A DNA stretch of 64,000 nt from Clostridiales bacterium (GTDB taxonomy: Bacteria > Bacillota > Clostridia > Oscillospirales > Oscillospiraceae). Shown here piece after piece: positions 8,590 to 18,564 of this stretch. The stretch's first letter is position 1. The number at the start of each line of letters is the position of its first letter. A program made the translations under genes and the position numbers. Location of the stretch: assembly GCA_022772525.1 (NCBI GenBank), contig JALFAD010000046.1, positions 56 to 64,055 on the forward strand, written 5' to 3'. The notes under the pieces were generated by a model that did not search any database, was not told where the DNA came from, and worked only from the letters and a program-made list of their open reading frames with translations.

Positions 8590-9588
8590 TCAAACCATGG
8601 CGGCGGTAATAATGGCCATCTTGTAGACCTCGTCAGCGTTGCAGCCACGGGACAGGTCATTGATGGGAGCAGCCAGACCCTGCAGGATGGGGCCGTAGGC
8701 CTCGAAGCCGCCCAGACGCTGAGCGATCTTGTAGCCGATGTTGCCGGCCTCGATGGTGGGGAAGATGAAGGTGTTGGCATGACCAGCAACGGGAGAGCCG
8801 GGGAACTTCAGCTGACCAACCTCGGGAGCCACAGCGGCGTCAAACTGCATCTCGCCGTCAATTTTCAGCTCGGGGTCCATCTCCTTGGCGATGGCGGTGG
8901 CGTCGTGGCTCAGCTTCACAGTGCCGCCCTTGCCGGAGCCGTTGGTGGAGAAGCTCAGCATGGCGACCTTGGGGTCGATGCCAAAGACCTTGGCGGTCTT
9001 AGCGCTCTCGATGGCCACCTCAGCCAGCTTCTGGGCGGCGGACAGGGTCACGTTGCCGTCCTTGTCCACGCTGTCCTCATAGCTGATGTTGATGGCGCAG
9101 TCGCCCATAGCCAGCTTCTCCTCGCCGCGAACCAGAATGAAGCAGGAGGACACCAGATGGGAACCCTTCTTGGTCTTGACGATCTGCAGAGCGGGTCGGA
9201 CGGTATCGGCGGTGGAGTAGGTAGCGCCGCCCAGCAGGGAGTCGGCGTAGCCCATCTTCACCAGCATGGTGCCGAAGTAGTTACCCTTGGACAGGGCCTT
9301 GCGGCACTCGTCAGGGGTCATCTTGCCCTTGCGCAGCTCCACCATCTTGTCAACCATGGCGTCCATCTCGGGGTAGGTCAGGGGATCAATAATCTCCACA
9401 CCGTCGATGTTGAAGCCGCCCTTGGCGGCGTTGGCCTTGACCTCGTCCACATTGCCGATGAGAATGGGGGTCAGGAAGCCGCCCTTGACCAGGCGGTCGG
9501 TGGCTTCCAGAATACGGGCATCGTGGCCCTCGGTAAACACGATCTTGCGGGGATTCGCCTTCAGAGTTTCGATCATAGCATTGAACAT
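8590..9588 (-). CDS. pta: Phosphate acetyltransferase
   Basis: KIVFTEG, TADTVRPALQI, DGEMQFDAA, AGNIGYK and PINDLSRG motifs. Confidence 0.95.
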   Translation of the reverse strand: MFNAMIETLKANPRKIVFTEGHDARILEATDRLVKGGFLTPILIGNVDEVKANAAKGGFNIDGVEIIDPLTYPEMDAMVDKMVELRKGKMTPDECRKALSKGNYFGTMLVKMGYADSLLGGATYSTADTVRPALQIVKTKKGSHLVSSCFILVRGEEKLAMGDCAINISYEDSVDKDGNVTLSAAQKLAEVAIESAKTAKVFGIDPKVAMLSFSTNGSGKGGTVKLSHDATAIAKEMDPELKIDGEMQFDAAVAPEVGQLKFPGSPVAGHANTFIFPTIEAGNIGYKIAQRLGGFEAYGPILQGLAAPINDLSRGCNADEVYKMAIITAAMV

Positions 9589-9872
9589 GGGAATCATTCC
9601 TCCAATTATCGGGCATATGCCCGTTTTTTTACAGGTTAATTATAGCTCAGTTTCCCACCGCGCGCAACCCTTTTTTGCGGGACCGACGCAAATTTTGTAA
9701 GCCCGCCCGGAAGGATGGGAGACCATGTCCGCAAGGATTCTTATTGGGTTATAACCGTCATAACTTTTGTTTATTTTGATGAAAAAGTTTTCCGTATGGC
9801 TGTTTTTCCCCTTGCATTTTGTGCGAATTTTCTGTATAATAGGGATAAACTATGGAATGGAGGAGATTGGGC

Positions 9873-10613
9873 TTGGGCGAAGTGTTGGCTGTGCTGTCCG
9901 GCAAGGGCGGAACCGGGAAAACCTCCGTCTGCGCAGGGCTGGCCTCCGCTCTGGCAGAAGCCGGGAAGAAGGTCCTGTGCGTGGACTGTGACGTGGGTCT
10001 GCGGAACCTGGATATCTCCCTGGGCCTGTCAGAGGGCGCCGCCCTGTCCTTTCTGGATGTCGCCAGCGGCAATTATCCTCTGAGCGACGCCGCCCGGCAC
10101 CCTGTGTACTCCAGTCTGTCTTTTCTCACCGCGCCCATGAACTGTCCTGTGGAGAAAATCGAAACGGAGCCCTTCCGCGCCATGCTCCGGCAGGCCCGGC
10201 GGGAATTTGACTTCATTTTGCTGGATGCCCCCGCCGGTGTGGATGCCGGCTTCCGGCTGGTCTGCGCCGCCGCGGACCGGTTTCTGCTGGTGACTGGCTT
10301 CGGCCCCGCTTCCGTGCGGGACGCTGCCCGGGTGGGAGACCTTCTGGAGCTGCAGGGCAAAAAGGATGTGCGGCTCATTGTCAACCGGGTGGACCGGGAA
10401 ATGCTCAGCACTGTGCGCACCACCGTTGATGACGTGATGGATAACGCGGGTCTGCCTCTGGCGGGCATCGTCCCGGAGGACCCCTGCGTGACGCTGGCGG
10501 CATCGTTTGGAAAGCCCCTGTTACAGTATTCCCCCCGCTGCCCCGCCGCGAAGGCCTGCCGCCGGATTGCCCGGCGGATTCAGGGCTTCCATGAGCCGAT
10601 TACCTTACGATAA
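9873..10613 (+). CDS. minD: MinD-family septum site-determining ATPase
   Basis: SGKGGTGKT, DCDVGLRNLD and DAPAG motifs. TTG start follows GGAGGAG. Confidence 0.85.
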   Translation: MGEVLAVLSGKGGTGKTSVCAGLASALAEAGKKVLCVDCDVGLRNLDISLGLSEGAALSFLDVASGNYPLSDAARHPVYSSLSFLTAPMNCPVEKIETEPFRAMLRQARREFDFILLDAPAGVDAGFRLVCAAADRFLLVTGFGPASVRDAARVGDLLELQGKKDVRLIVNRVDREMLSTVRTTVDDVMDNAGLPLAGIVPEDPCVTLAASFGKPLLQYSPRCPAAKACRRIARRIQGFHEPITLR

Positions 10614-10649
10614 CGCAATGCTTTGACATATAAAGAAGGAGTGACAGCT

Positions 10650-11063
10650 GTGAACATCGCATTTCTGGCTCACGACAAGAAGAAGGAACTGATGGTGCAG
10701 TTCTGCACCGCCTACAAGAGCGTGCTGATGAAGCACAACCTCTTCGCTACCGCTACCACCGGCAGACTGATCGCCGACAACACCGGCCTGCCCATTACGC
10801 TGTTGCTGTCCCACAAGCAGGGCGGTCACCAGCAGATCAACGCCCGGATTGCCTACAACGAGATTGATCTGGTGCTGCTGTTCACCGACCCCAACACCAC
10901 CGACCCTTGGGACGACAGTCAGATGATCGAGACCATCCGGCACTGCGACAAGCAGAACGTGCCCATCGCCACCAATCTGGCCTCCGCCGAAATGCTCATC
11001 ATGGGCCTGCAGCGGGGCGATTTGGATTGGCGGGAAATGCTGCACAGCAAAAACAGATTCTAA
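10650..11063 (+). CDS. mgsA: Methylglyoxal synthase
   Basis: IAFLAHDKKK, ATATTG and PIATNLASAE motifs. Confidence 0.9.
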   Translation: MNIAFLAHDKKKELMVQFCTAYKSVLMKHNLFATATTGRLIADNTGLPITLLLSHKQGGHQQINARIAYNEIDLVLLFTDPNTTDPWDDSQMIETIRHCDKQNVPIATNLASAEMLIMGLQRGDLDWREMLHSKNRF

Positions 11064-11065
11064 AA

Positions 11066-11158
11066 AGATACGGAGATACGAGATACAAGATACAAGATAT
11101 GCCTGTTCCGGAGCGCATCTCCTATCTTGTATCTTGTATCTTCTATCTTGTATCTTAT
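11066..11158. repeat. Inverted arrays of heptamer AGATACA
   Basis: (AGATAC[GA])n followed by (TATCTTG)n. The same family occurs at 48068-48152. Confidence 0.85.
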
Positions 11159-11183
11159 TTTTTATTGTTGAGAGGTAACAATT

Positions 11184-12539
11184 ATGGAAATCATCAAGCC
11201 CCGGACGCTGTCCGGCTTTATGGAGCTGCTGCCCGGCAAGCAGATCCGCTTTGAAAAAATGATGGAAATTCTGCGTACCACCTACGCCTCCTACGGCTTT
11301 GCCCCGCTGGACACCCCCGTCATCGAGGATGCCCAGATCCTTTTGGCAAAGGGCGGCGGCGAGACGGAAAAGCAGATCTACCGCTTCACCAAGGGCGACA
11401 GCGATCTGGCCCTGCGGTTCGATCTGACGGTGCCGCTGGCAAAATATGTGGCGCTGCACTATAACGAGCTGGCTTTTCCCTTCCGGCGGTTCCAGATCAG
11501 CAAGGTCTACCGGGGCGAGCGGGCCCAGCGGGGCCGGTTCCGGGAGTTCTATCAGGCGGACATTGACATCATCGGCGACGGCAAGCTGGATATTCTCAAC
11601 GAAGCGGAGATTCCCGCCATCATCTACAAGGTTTTCCGGGGTTTCGGCCTGAGCCGGTTCCAGATTCGGGTCAACAACCGCAAGATTCTGAGCGGCTTCT
11701 ACGCCATGCTGGGCCTGTCCGAGAAAAGCGGCGACATCATGCGCACCGTGGACAAGCTGGACAAGATCGGCGCGGACAAGGTCAAGGTCATTCTGCTGGA
11801 GGACTGCGGCCTGACCGATGCGCAGGCGGACGAGATTCTCAAGTTCATCGCCATCACCGGCACCAATGCCGAAGTCCTCGCCGCGCTGGAGGGCTACGCC
11901 GGGAAGAATGAAATGTTCGATCAGGGTCTGAGCGAACTGAAGGCCGTCACCGCCAATCTGACTGCTTTCGGTGTTCCCGAAGCCAACTTTGCCGTTGACC
12001 TGACCATCGCCCGGGGTCTCGACTACTACACCGGCACCGTTTACGAAACCACCCTGCTTGACCACCCGGAAATCGGCTCTGTCTGCTCCGGCGGCCGCTA
12101 CGACAATCTGGCGGGCTACTACATCGACAAGCCTCTGCCCGGCGTGGGCATTTCCATCGGCCTGACCCGTCTTTTCTACGTTCTGGACGAGCAGGGCCTG
12201 CTGAACCCCGCCCTGCCCAGCGCTCCCGCCGACGTGCTGGTACTGCCCATGACGGGCGACCCTGCCGCCGCCATCGCCGTGGCGGAAACCATCCGCTCCG
12301 CCGGCCTGCGGGTGCAGCTGTACGGCGAGCAGAAGAAATTCAAGCAGAAAATGGCCTACGCCAACAAGCTGGAGGTGCCCTTTGCCGTGCTTCTGGGCGA
12401 GGACGAAATTGCCGAGGGCGTCTGTTCTGTGAAGAATATGCAGACCGGCGAGCAGGTAAAGCTGACCCCTGCCGAGGCAGCTTCCTACATCAAGAGCGCG
12501 CTGGCGGAAACCGACTGCAGCTTGATTCTGGAGAAGTAA
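11184..12539 (+). CDS. hisS: Histidine--tRNA ligase
   Basis: LRFDLTVP, YRGERAQRGRFREFYQ, RGLDYYTG and GGRYD motifs. Confidence 0.97.
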   Translation: MEIIKPRTLSGFMELLPGKQIRFEKMMEILRTTYASYGFAPLDTPVIEDAQILLAKGGGETEKQIYRFTKGDSDLALRFDLTVPLAKYVALHYNELAFPFRRFQISKVYRGERAQRGRFREFYQADIDIIGDGKLDILNEAEIPAIIYKVFRGFGLSRFQIRVNNRKILSGFYAMLGLSEKSGDIMRTVDKLDKIGADKVKVILLEDCGLTDAQADEILKFIAITGTNAEVLAALEGYAGKNEMFDQGLSELKAVTANLTAFGVPEANFAVDLTIARGLDYYTGTVYETTLLDHPEIGSVCSGGRYDNLAGYYIDKPLPGVGISIGLTRLFYVLDEQGLLNPALPSAPADVLVLPMTGDPAAAIAVAETIRSAGLRVQLYGEQKKFKQKMAYANKLEVPFAVLLGEDEIAEGVCSVKNMQTGEQVKLTPAEAASYIKSALAETDCSLILEK

Positions 12540-12964
12540 AGGCCCCCGCAGTCCGCCGATACAGCCGATGCGGACACCGGAGGCTCGGAAAACGCAGGTT
12601 CTTGGTACGCTGAAGGAGCTGTCTCACCGCATTCGTGAGACAGCCCCTTTTTATCATTCGAGTCCCAAAAACAAAAATAATCCGAACCCTTCTCCCACTG
12701 AGATAAGGTTCGGATTATCTTGCCTTGGTACGAGTGTTCTTATAGGGCTTTTCGAAAAAGTGTGCCGCACCAACACATTTTGTAATCGGACAGATTCCAA
12801 TTTGATCCACATCCCTATGGGATGCGTCTCAAATCGGAGGGACTCTCCCACGGGCTAAAAACAGTCCGCCGGACTGTTTTTACAGCAGCTTACGCTGCCG
12901 CCGCCCTTTCGAGTCCTGCCCGGAATATCAAAAAACCAGATACCCGAACGGGTATCTGGTTTTT

Positions 12965-13040
12965 TGGTACGCCGGAAGGGACTCGAACCCCCAACCCTCG
13001 GAACCGGAATCCGATGCTCTATCCATTGAGCCACCGGCGC
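12965..13040 (-). tRNA. tRNA-Arg(CCG)
   Basis: GCGCCGGTGGCTCAATGGATAGAGCA TCGGA-TTCCGGT-TCCGA GGGTTGGGGGTTCGAGTCCCTTCCGGCGTACCA, 76 nt with encoded CCA. Confidence 0.95.
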
Positions 13041-13214
13041 ATTTTTTAAATTCCCGATTATTATAGCAGGATTTCCCGGATTTGTAAAGAGGAAAACCAA
13101 AATTTTTTCTGCCGCCCCCCGGGAGAGTTTTGGGGAAAGTGGTTGTTTTTCCTGTTTTCCTGTGGTATAATTCAAGAAATTCAGAGGATGATCCCCTTAC
13201 AAGGAGGAACTTTT

Positions 13215-13802
13215 ATGTCTACGCCTCAGAGCTTCCGCTCCGCGTTCAACGGCTTCAACCGGGAGGACGTGGTGCATTACCTGGAATATCTCAACACCAA
13301 ACACAACAACCAGATCAATCAGCTCACCGCTGAGAACGAATCCCTTCGCCAGCAGGTGGATGCTTTGCCGGACGCGGAAAGCCAGCGGCTTCTCGTGGCC
13401 TCGCTGGAAGAAAAATGCGCCGAGCTGACTCGGCAGCTGGACACGGCGCAGACCCGGTGCGCGGAACTGGAACAACAGCTGGAACAGGCTACCGCAAAAG
13501 AACAGCCTGCGGAAGCTCCGGCACCGGCCCTATCCCCCAGCGCCAGCGATGAGCTGGAAGCCTACCGCCGGGCGGAACGCATTGAACGGGAGGCGAAGGA
13601 ACGGGCGGAGCTGGTCTATTTTCAGGCCACCAACGTGCTGACGGAGGCCTCCGCTAAGGTCGACGGCATTTCCTCCGACATCACGGAAATGGCAGACAAG
13701 GTCATGACCCAGCTGACCCAGCTTCAGGTTGCCGTCAGCTCCAGCAAGCAGGCCCTGCAGGACGCCTCGTCCATTATGGGCGCTATCCGACCCAATCAAT
13801 AA
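13215..13802 (+). CDS. DivIVA-like coiled-coil protein
   Basis: N-terminal FRSAFNGFNREDVVHYL followed by a long coiled coil. AGGAGG RBS. Confidence 0.7.
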   Translation: MSTPQSFRSAFNGFNREDVVHYLEYLNTKHNNQINQLTAENESLRQQVDALPDAESQRLLVASLEEKCAELTRQLDTAQTRCAELEQQLEQATAKEQPAEAPAPALSPSASDELEAYRRAERIEREAKERAELVYFQATNVLTEASAKVDGISSDITEMADKVMTQLTQLQVAVSSSKQALQDASSIMGAIRPNQ

Positions 13803-13853
13803 TCTTTGGAGCGCGTACTGTCCGTATGCGCTCTTTTTCCGGAGTGACTTCTG

Positions 13854-14846
13854 ATGAAACTGGGAAAGCCCGACTATTATGACCGCTTCCGCTGCCTTGC
13901 AGGAAACTGCCCTGACAGCTGCTGCAAGGAGTGGGAGGTAGAGGTAGATACCGATTCCGCCGCCTTTTACCGGAAGCTTCCCGGCGCGCTGGGGGACGAT
14001 CTGCGCCATGTCCTCCGTTGCGAAGATGGCAAGACCTATATCACCATCGCCGACAGGCGCTGTCCCATGTGGCGGCAGGACGGGCTGTGTCGGATTCAGG
14101 CAGAGCTGGGGGAATACGCCCTGTGCAAAACCTGCCAGGAGTTTCCCCGTCTGACCCACGATTACGGCGATTTTGTGGAGCTGGGGCTGGAACTGAGCTG
14201 TCCGGAAGCCGCCCGGCTGATTCTGAGCGGCGCCGCTGCCTTCGTCACGGAGGAAGTCCCCGGGGACGGAGAGGCAGAATACGATGCGGAAGCTATGGAG
14301 ATTCTGAAAACCACGCGGCAGCAGGCGCTGGCTCTTCTGGACGATTCTGATCGTCCCGTAGGGCAGGCGCTGGCGCTGCTTCTGCTCTATGGCTGTCAGG
14401 CCCAAGGGGCGCTGGACGGTGGGGAAGCGGCTCCCTTTGACCCGGATGCCGCGCTGGAAACTGCCGCAGAGCTTGCCCAACCGGGGAATGCCGCCGAAAT
14501 TCTCCCCTTTTTCCGGTCCCTCGAAATTCTAACGGACAGGTGGGAAACCTGCTTACGCACCCCGGCACCATCGGACTGGGACAGCCGCACACCGGCGCTG
14601 GCCCGGTACTTTGTGGGCCGCTACTGGCTTCAGGCGGTGTCGGACTACGACCTGTACAGCCGGGTAAAGTTTATGGTTATTTCCTGTCTGCTGCTGCGGC
14701 AATTGGGTGGGGATTTTGTAGAAACCGCCCAGCTCTTCTCCAAGGAAATCGAAAACAACGCGGACAATGTGGATGCTCTGCTGGACGCTGCCTACGAGCA
14801 CCCGGCTTTTACCGATGTCAGGCTGCTGGGAATGCTGCTGGAATAG
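13854..14846 (+). CDS. FliB-family (flagellin lysine-N-methylase-like) protein
   Basis: PDYYDRFRCLAGNCPDSCC..W, CPMW..GLC, CQEFPR and LSCPEAARL motifs. Confidence 0.85.
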   Translation: MKLGKPDYYDRFRCLAGNCPDSCCKEWEVEVDTDSAAFYRKLPGALGDDLRHVLRCEDGKTYITIADRRCPMWRQDGLCRIQAELGEYALCKTCQEFPRLTHDYGDFVELGLELSCPEAARLILSGAAAFVTEEVPGDGEAEYDAEAMEILKTTRQQALALLDDSDRPVGQALALLLLYGCQAQGALDGGEAAPFDPDAALETAAELAQPGNAAEILPFFRSLEILTDRWETCLRTPAPSDWDSRTPALARYFVGRYWLQAVSDYDLYSRVKFMVISCLLLRQLGGDFVETAQLFSKEIENNADNVDALLDAAYEHPAFTDVRLLGMLLE

Positions 14847-15058
14847 CCCCTGCACGTCCGGATATCAGGAGTGCCCGGCATCGAGTCGCCGGGCTGTCCC
14901 ATTTGATTTTTCGAATCTCCAACGGCAAAAGACCAGATGCCCAAATAGGCATCTGGTCTTTTGTGTTTAAGCAACATTTAAGATGCTGTTTCGTTACCGG
15001 GCGATAAACCTCGGAAAAGGGAAAGGCCCGGAGCGCATTGGCTCCAGGCCCTGCCTGG

Positions 15059-15134
15059 TGGTGACCCGCCGGAGATTCGAACTCCGGACCCACTGCTTAA
15101 AAGGCAGTTGCTCTGCCGACTGAGCTAGCGGATC
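15059..15134 (-). tRNA. tRNA-Lys(TTT)
   Basis: GATCCGCTAGCTCAGTCGGCAGAGCA ACTGC-CTTTTAA-GCAGT GGGTCCGGAGTTCGAATCTCCGGCGGGTCACCA. Confidence 0.95.
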
Positions 15135-15139
15135 ATATT

Positions 15140-15214
15140 TGGCTGGGATGGCCGGATTCGAACCGACGAATGTCAGAGTCAAAGTCTGATGCCTTACCGC
15201 TTGGCGACATCCCA
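15140..15214 (-). tRNA. tRNA-Gln(TTG)
   Basis: TGGGATGTCGCCAAGCGGTAAGGCA TCAGA-CTTTGAC-TCTGA CATTCGTCGGTTCGAATCCGGCCATCCCAGCCA. Confidence 0.95.
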
Positions 15215-15345
15215 ATGTTGGAGCGTCATCCTTTGAACGGACACACGGGGGATTATATCATGAACAAAGAAAATTTGCAATCCTTTTTTTCTGGAAGATG
15301 GTATTTTTTCGGGAGAGGAAGTATTTCCCCTCCCGAAATTGGAAA

Positions 15346-16266
15346 TCACAGCCCGCAGTAAGCCACGGCGGTCCGGGCAGCCAGCTTGGCGTTGTTGTAC
15401 ACCAGCTGAATGTTGGAAGCCAAGCTGTCGCCGCCGGTCAGCTCCGCCACCCGGGCCAGCAGGAAGGGTGTGGTCTTCTTGCCGTGGATGCCCTGCGCGT
15501 TACACTCGGCAATGGCCTGGTCAATGGCGGCATTGATGGTGGTGAGCGGCATGGCGTATTCCTCGGGGATGGGGTTGGTCACCAGCATACCGCCCTTCAG
15601 GCCCATGTCGTGGCTGGCCTTGAAGGCGGCAGCCAGCTCCTCGGGGCTGTCCATGCGGTAGTCCACGCCGAAGCCAGACTGGCGGGTGTAGAAGGCGGGC
15701 AGCTCCTCGGTGCCGTAGCCAATGACAGGCACGCCCTTGGTTTCCAGATACTCCAGCGTCAGGCCCAAGTCCAGAATGGACTTGGCGCCCGCGCAGACCA
15801 CCATAACAGGGGTCTGGGCCAGCTCCTCCAGATCGGCGGAGATGTCCATGGTGGTCTCGGCACCCCGATGCACACCGCCGATGCCGCCGGTGGCGAAGAT
15901 TTTGATGCCCGCCATGTGGGCGATCATCATGGTGGTGGTGACGGTGGTAGCGCCGTCCTCACCCCGGGCGCACAGGACGGCGATATCCCGGCGGGAAGCC
16001 TTAGCAATGGCCTGCCCCTTCTTGCCGAAGTACTCGATTTCCTCGGCAGTCAGACCGGCCTTCAGGCGGCCGCCGATGATGGCGATGGTGGCGGGCACCG
16101 CACCGTTTTCCCGGATGATCTTCTCCACATTCAGAGCGGTTTCCACATTCTGAGGGTAGGGCATACCGTGGGAGATAATGGTGGATTCCAGCGCCACAAC
16201 GGGCTTGCCGGCAGCAATTGCAGCGGCGACCTCGGGATTTACATCCAGATATTTGTTCATGTTCAT
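15346..16266 (-). CDS. psuG: Pseudouridine-5'-phosphate glycosidase
   Basis: VALESTIISHGMPYP, FATGGIGGVHRG, DISADL and TPFLL motifs. Confidence 0.95.
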   Translation of the reverse strand: MNMNKYLDVNPEVAAAIAAGKPVVALESTIISHGMPYPQNVETALNVEKIIRENGAVPATIAIIGGRLKAGLTAEEIEYFGKKGQAIAKASRRDIAVLCARGEDGATTVTTTMMIAHMAGIKIFATGGIGGVHRGAETTMDISADLEELAQTPVMVVCAGAKSILDLGLTLEYLETKGVPVIGYGTEELPAFYTRQSGFGVDYRMDSPEELAAAFKASHDMGLKGGMLVTNPIPEEYAMPLTTINAAIDQAIAECNAQGIHGKKTTPFLLARVAELTGGDSLASNIQLVYNNAKLAARTAVAYCGL

Positions 16267-16290
16267 AAGTGTCATTCCTTTTCTGTTTTT

Positions 16291-16365
16291 GTAGGGCGGG
16301 CTGCCCTCAGCCCGCCGCTGAGAACGGTGGAAGCTTTGCGGCGGCTTGAGGGCAAGCCGCCCTAC
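16291..16365. repeat. GTAG-type REP doublet between the kinase gene and psuG
   Basis: Arms match those at 5865-5961 with a different spacer. Confidence 0.85.
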
Positions 16366-16368
16366 ATA

Positions 16369-17448
16369 TTACATGGTCATTTTCTTTTTCAGGGCCAAGG
16401 CAGACATCTGGGGATTGATGGTCTCCGGGGATTCCATGGCGATGGAGCCGGCGGCAAGCCCCGCCTTGGCGGTGGTTTCCAGATCGCTGCCTTCCAGATA
16501 AGCCCACACCAGCGCTGCCATGAACGCATCGCCGCAGCCGGTGGTGTTGACCATGTGCCCGGGAATATTGGCCAGCCACAGCTTCTGCTTCCCCATGGCG
16601 GCGTACACGCCGTCCGCGCCAAGAGAAATGAACATCCGGTGCACGCCCATGGCGCTCAGCGCGTCGGCAGCTTTTTCTACGTCCTCCCTGCTTTTGATCT
16701 TCACCCCGGACAGCAGCTCTGCTTCCAGCCGGTTGGGCTTCAGCGTGTGGATGCGGTGCAGGATGGGGCGGAGCTTCTCCGCCTTGGCAGTGGAAACGGG
16801 GTCAACAAACAGGGGAACGGTGACATTTTCCGCCAGATATTGCAGAGCCTCGGCGGGAATATTGGTGTCTGCCACGATGACCTGGGCGTTTTGCAGGAGG
16901 GGCAGGTTTGATGCCAGATAGGCCGGGGTGATTTTGTCGCAAATGGACATATCCGACACCGCCAGCGCCATTTCCCCTGCCGGGTCTGCCAGATACAGGT
17001 AGGTTGAGGTGGTGCCGCCAGGGATCCGCAGGGCGTGGCTCAGATCGATGCCCAGCTCCGAGCAGGAGGCTGCCACCTGCTGCCCGTGGAGATCGTCGCC
17101 GTAGGCTGTCAGCAGCCGGACGTCCAGCCCCAGCAGGCTCATGTTGTGCGCAATGTTCCGGCCCACGCCGCCCATACTGACGCTGACCTGACCGGGATTG
17201 GAATCCGCCGCCACCAGCGGAGCGAAGGAACGCCCGCCGATGTCCACGTTGACGCCGCCCACCACTACGGCGTAACTGCCGCTGCGCAGGACGTAACCTT
17301 TTCCGGCGATGCAGCCTTTTTTCATCAGATTGGAAATGTGAACTGCCGCGGAGGACCGGGTGATGCCCAGCTTGTCCGCGATTTCCTGCTGGGAAATCAT
17401 GGGATCGGCTTCAATGAGCTGCAAAACCTGCCGCTCGCGTTGTGTCAT
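16369..17448 (-). CDS. wHTH-PfkB kinase fusion, probable pseudouridine kinase
   Basis: N-terminal HTH (ISQQEIADKLGITRSSAAVHISNL), GGVGRNIA and NTTGCGDAF. Lies upstream of psuG. Confidence 0.88.
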   Translation of the reverse strand: MTQRERQVLQLIEADPMISQQEIADKLGITRSSAAVHISNLMKKGCIAGKGYVLRSGSYAVVVGGVNVDIGGRSFAPLVAADSNPGQVSVSMGGVGRNIAHNMSLLGLDVRLLTAYGDDLHGQQVAASCSELGIDLSHALRIPGGTTSTYLYLADPAGEMALAVSDMSICDKITPAYLASNLPLLQNAQVIVADTNIPAEALQYLAENVTVPLFVDPVSTAKAEKLRPILHRIHTLKPNRLEAELLSGVKIKSREDVEKAADALSAMGVHRMFISLGADGVYAAMGKQKLWLANIPGHMVNTTGCGDAFMAALVWAYLEGSDLETTAKAGLAAGSIAMESPETINPQMSALALKKKMTM

Positions 17449-17464
17449 GGGCGCTCCCTCCTTT

Positions 17465-17508
17465 ATTAAGCATAAGCTTATTATATAAGCTTATGCTTAA
17501 TTCGTCAA
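17465..17508 (-). promoter_or_regulatory. SigA promoter overlapped by a perfect 17-3-17 palindrome
   Basis: TTGACG-N17-TATAAT on the minus strand. Palindrome ATTAAGCATAAGCTTAT-tat-ATAAGCTTATGCTTAAT spans 17465-17501. Confidence 0.8.
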
Positions 17509-17520
17509 GAGATTTTTTGA

Positions 17521-17640
17521 GTGAAGAGTTAGGAGTGAGGAGTTAAGAGTGACGAGATGAAAGCGAAGAGTGAAGATAACTGGGTTTCGTTTCAGATTCA
17601 TCGCCGAAGGCGATATCATCACTCCGCACTCCGCACTTTA
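17521..17640. repeat. Degenerate heptamer (GAGTGAG-like) arrays in inverted orientation
   Basis: gtgaagagttaggagtgaggagttaagagtga ... actccgcactccgcact. Confidence 0.6.
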
Positions 17641-18564
17641 TTGCGGCAACCCTGTAGCCCCCGTAACCAATATGCCCAGATTTGCCTTGTAAATGTCGTC
17701 GAATTGACTTAAGGGCAGGGGGCTTTCCCCGATTCCCGACTCGATGGTGAAGCCGGGCCGCCGCCAATCCTGAATAAACCAGTCCTTGTATCCGGCGAAG
17801 CTGGATTCATAGGGGGTGTCCTCCAGCGCGTAGCCGCTGAGCCGGGCGAATTCCTCCGCCAGAGCTCTCGCGCCGGGCACCACGTAGTCCCCGAACTGCC
17901 AGTAAATCACTTCCCCCTGCGTGTGGAAGGCAACGACCAGCGCGGGGTCAACTTCCTCCGTGTAGCGGGCCATGGCGATGGATTCCCGCTGGTTCAGCGG
18001 AGCACGGCCCACATAATCTCTCGGGCCGGGTTTGGTATACCCTTGGGAAAACTTGATCTCCCGTGCCCGCAGCCATCCGGCGGGATATTGCAGATTCAGG
18101 TCAACCCCCAACAGATTGGCCTTCCAGCCCTCGGGGAAAGGAATAGCGGGGTAATTGTCTGCCAGCGTTTGGGCGGTGGTGTATTCCAGCGTCCCCGGCT
18201 CGATGGTTCCGGTGACCAAATCTACGCCGTCCGGATTTACCATGGGCACAGTGTAAATGGTGGCAGCCTTCAGAATGTTCTGGGCAGGCACGCCGAAAAT
18301 CTTTCCGTCATTTTCCGCCGCCAGAGCCAGCTCCTCCAGAAATTTCAGCAGCACAGGAGTGGTAATCCACTCATTCGCGTGGTGGGCAGCGGAATAGAGC
18401 ACTTTCCGTTCCCCCTGCCCGATGGTCAAAGAGAGGACGGGCCTGCCAAAGGCGGTGGTCGTCAGACTTTCGGAGCGAAATGCGGGATACCGCCGCAGCA
18501 GCTGCCCAATGGTCTGCTCGCAGAGTTCAGCCGTCATGGGTACGTCGGTCTGCACGATAGCCAA
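17638..18564 (-). CDS. M14 zinc peptidase (gamma-D-glutamyl-meso-DAP peptidase-like)
   Basis: HHANEW, PMVNPDG, GVDLN, FHTQG, GYKDWF and FTIE motifs. TTG start follows GGAGGTG. Confidence 0.88.
   Translation of the reverse strand: MAIVQTDVPMTAELCEQTIGQLLRRYPAFRSESLTTTAFGRPVLSLTIGQGERKVLYSAAHHANEWITTPVLLKFLEELALAAENDGKIFGVPAQNILKAATIYTVPMVNPDGVDLVTGTIEPGTLEYTTAQTLADNYPAIPFPEGWKANLLGVDLNLQYPAGWLRAREIKFSQGYTKPGPRDYVGRAPLNQRESIAMARYTEEVDPALVVAFHTQGEVIYWQFGDYVVPGARALAEEFARLSGYALEDTPYESSFAGYKDWFIQDWRRPGFTIESGIGESPLPLSQFDDIYKANLGILVTGATGLPQ

Noticed and set aside
13854-14846. FliB-like gene as evidence of a flagellar locus
   Set aside because: No flagellar genes are nearby, and this family often occurs alone in Clostridia.
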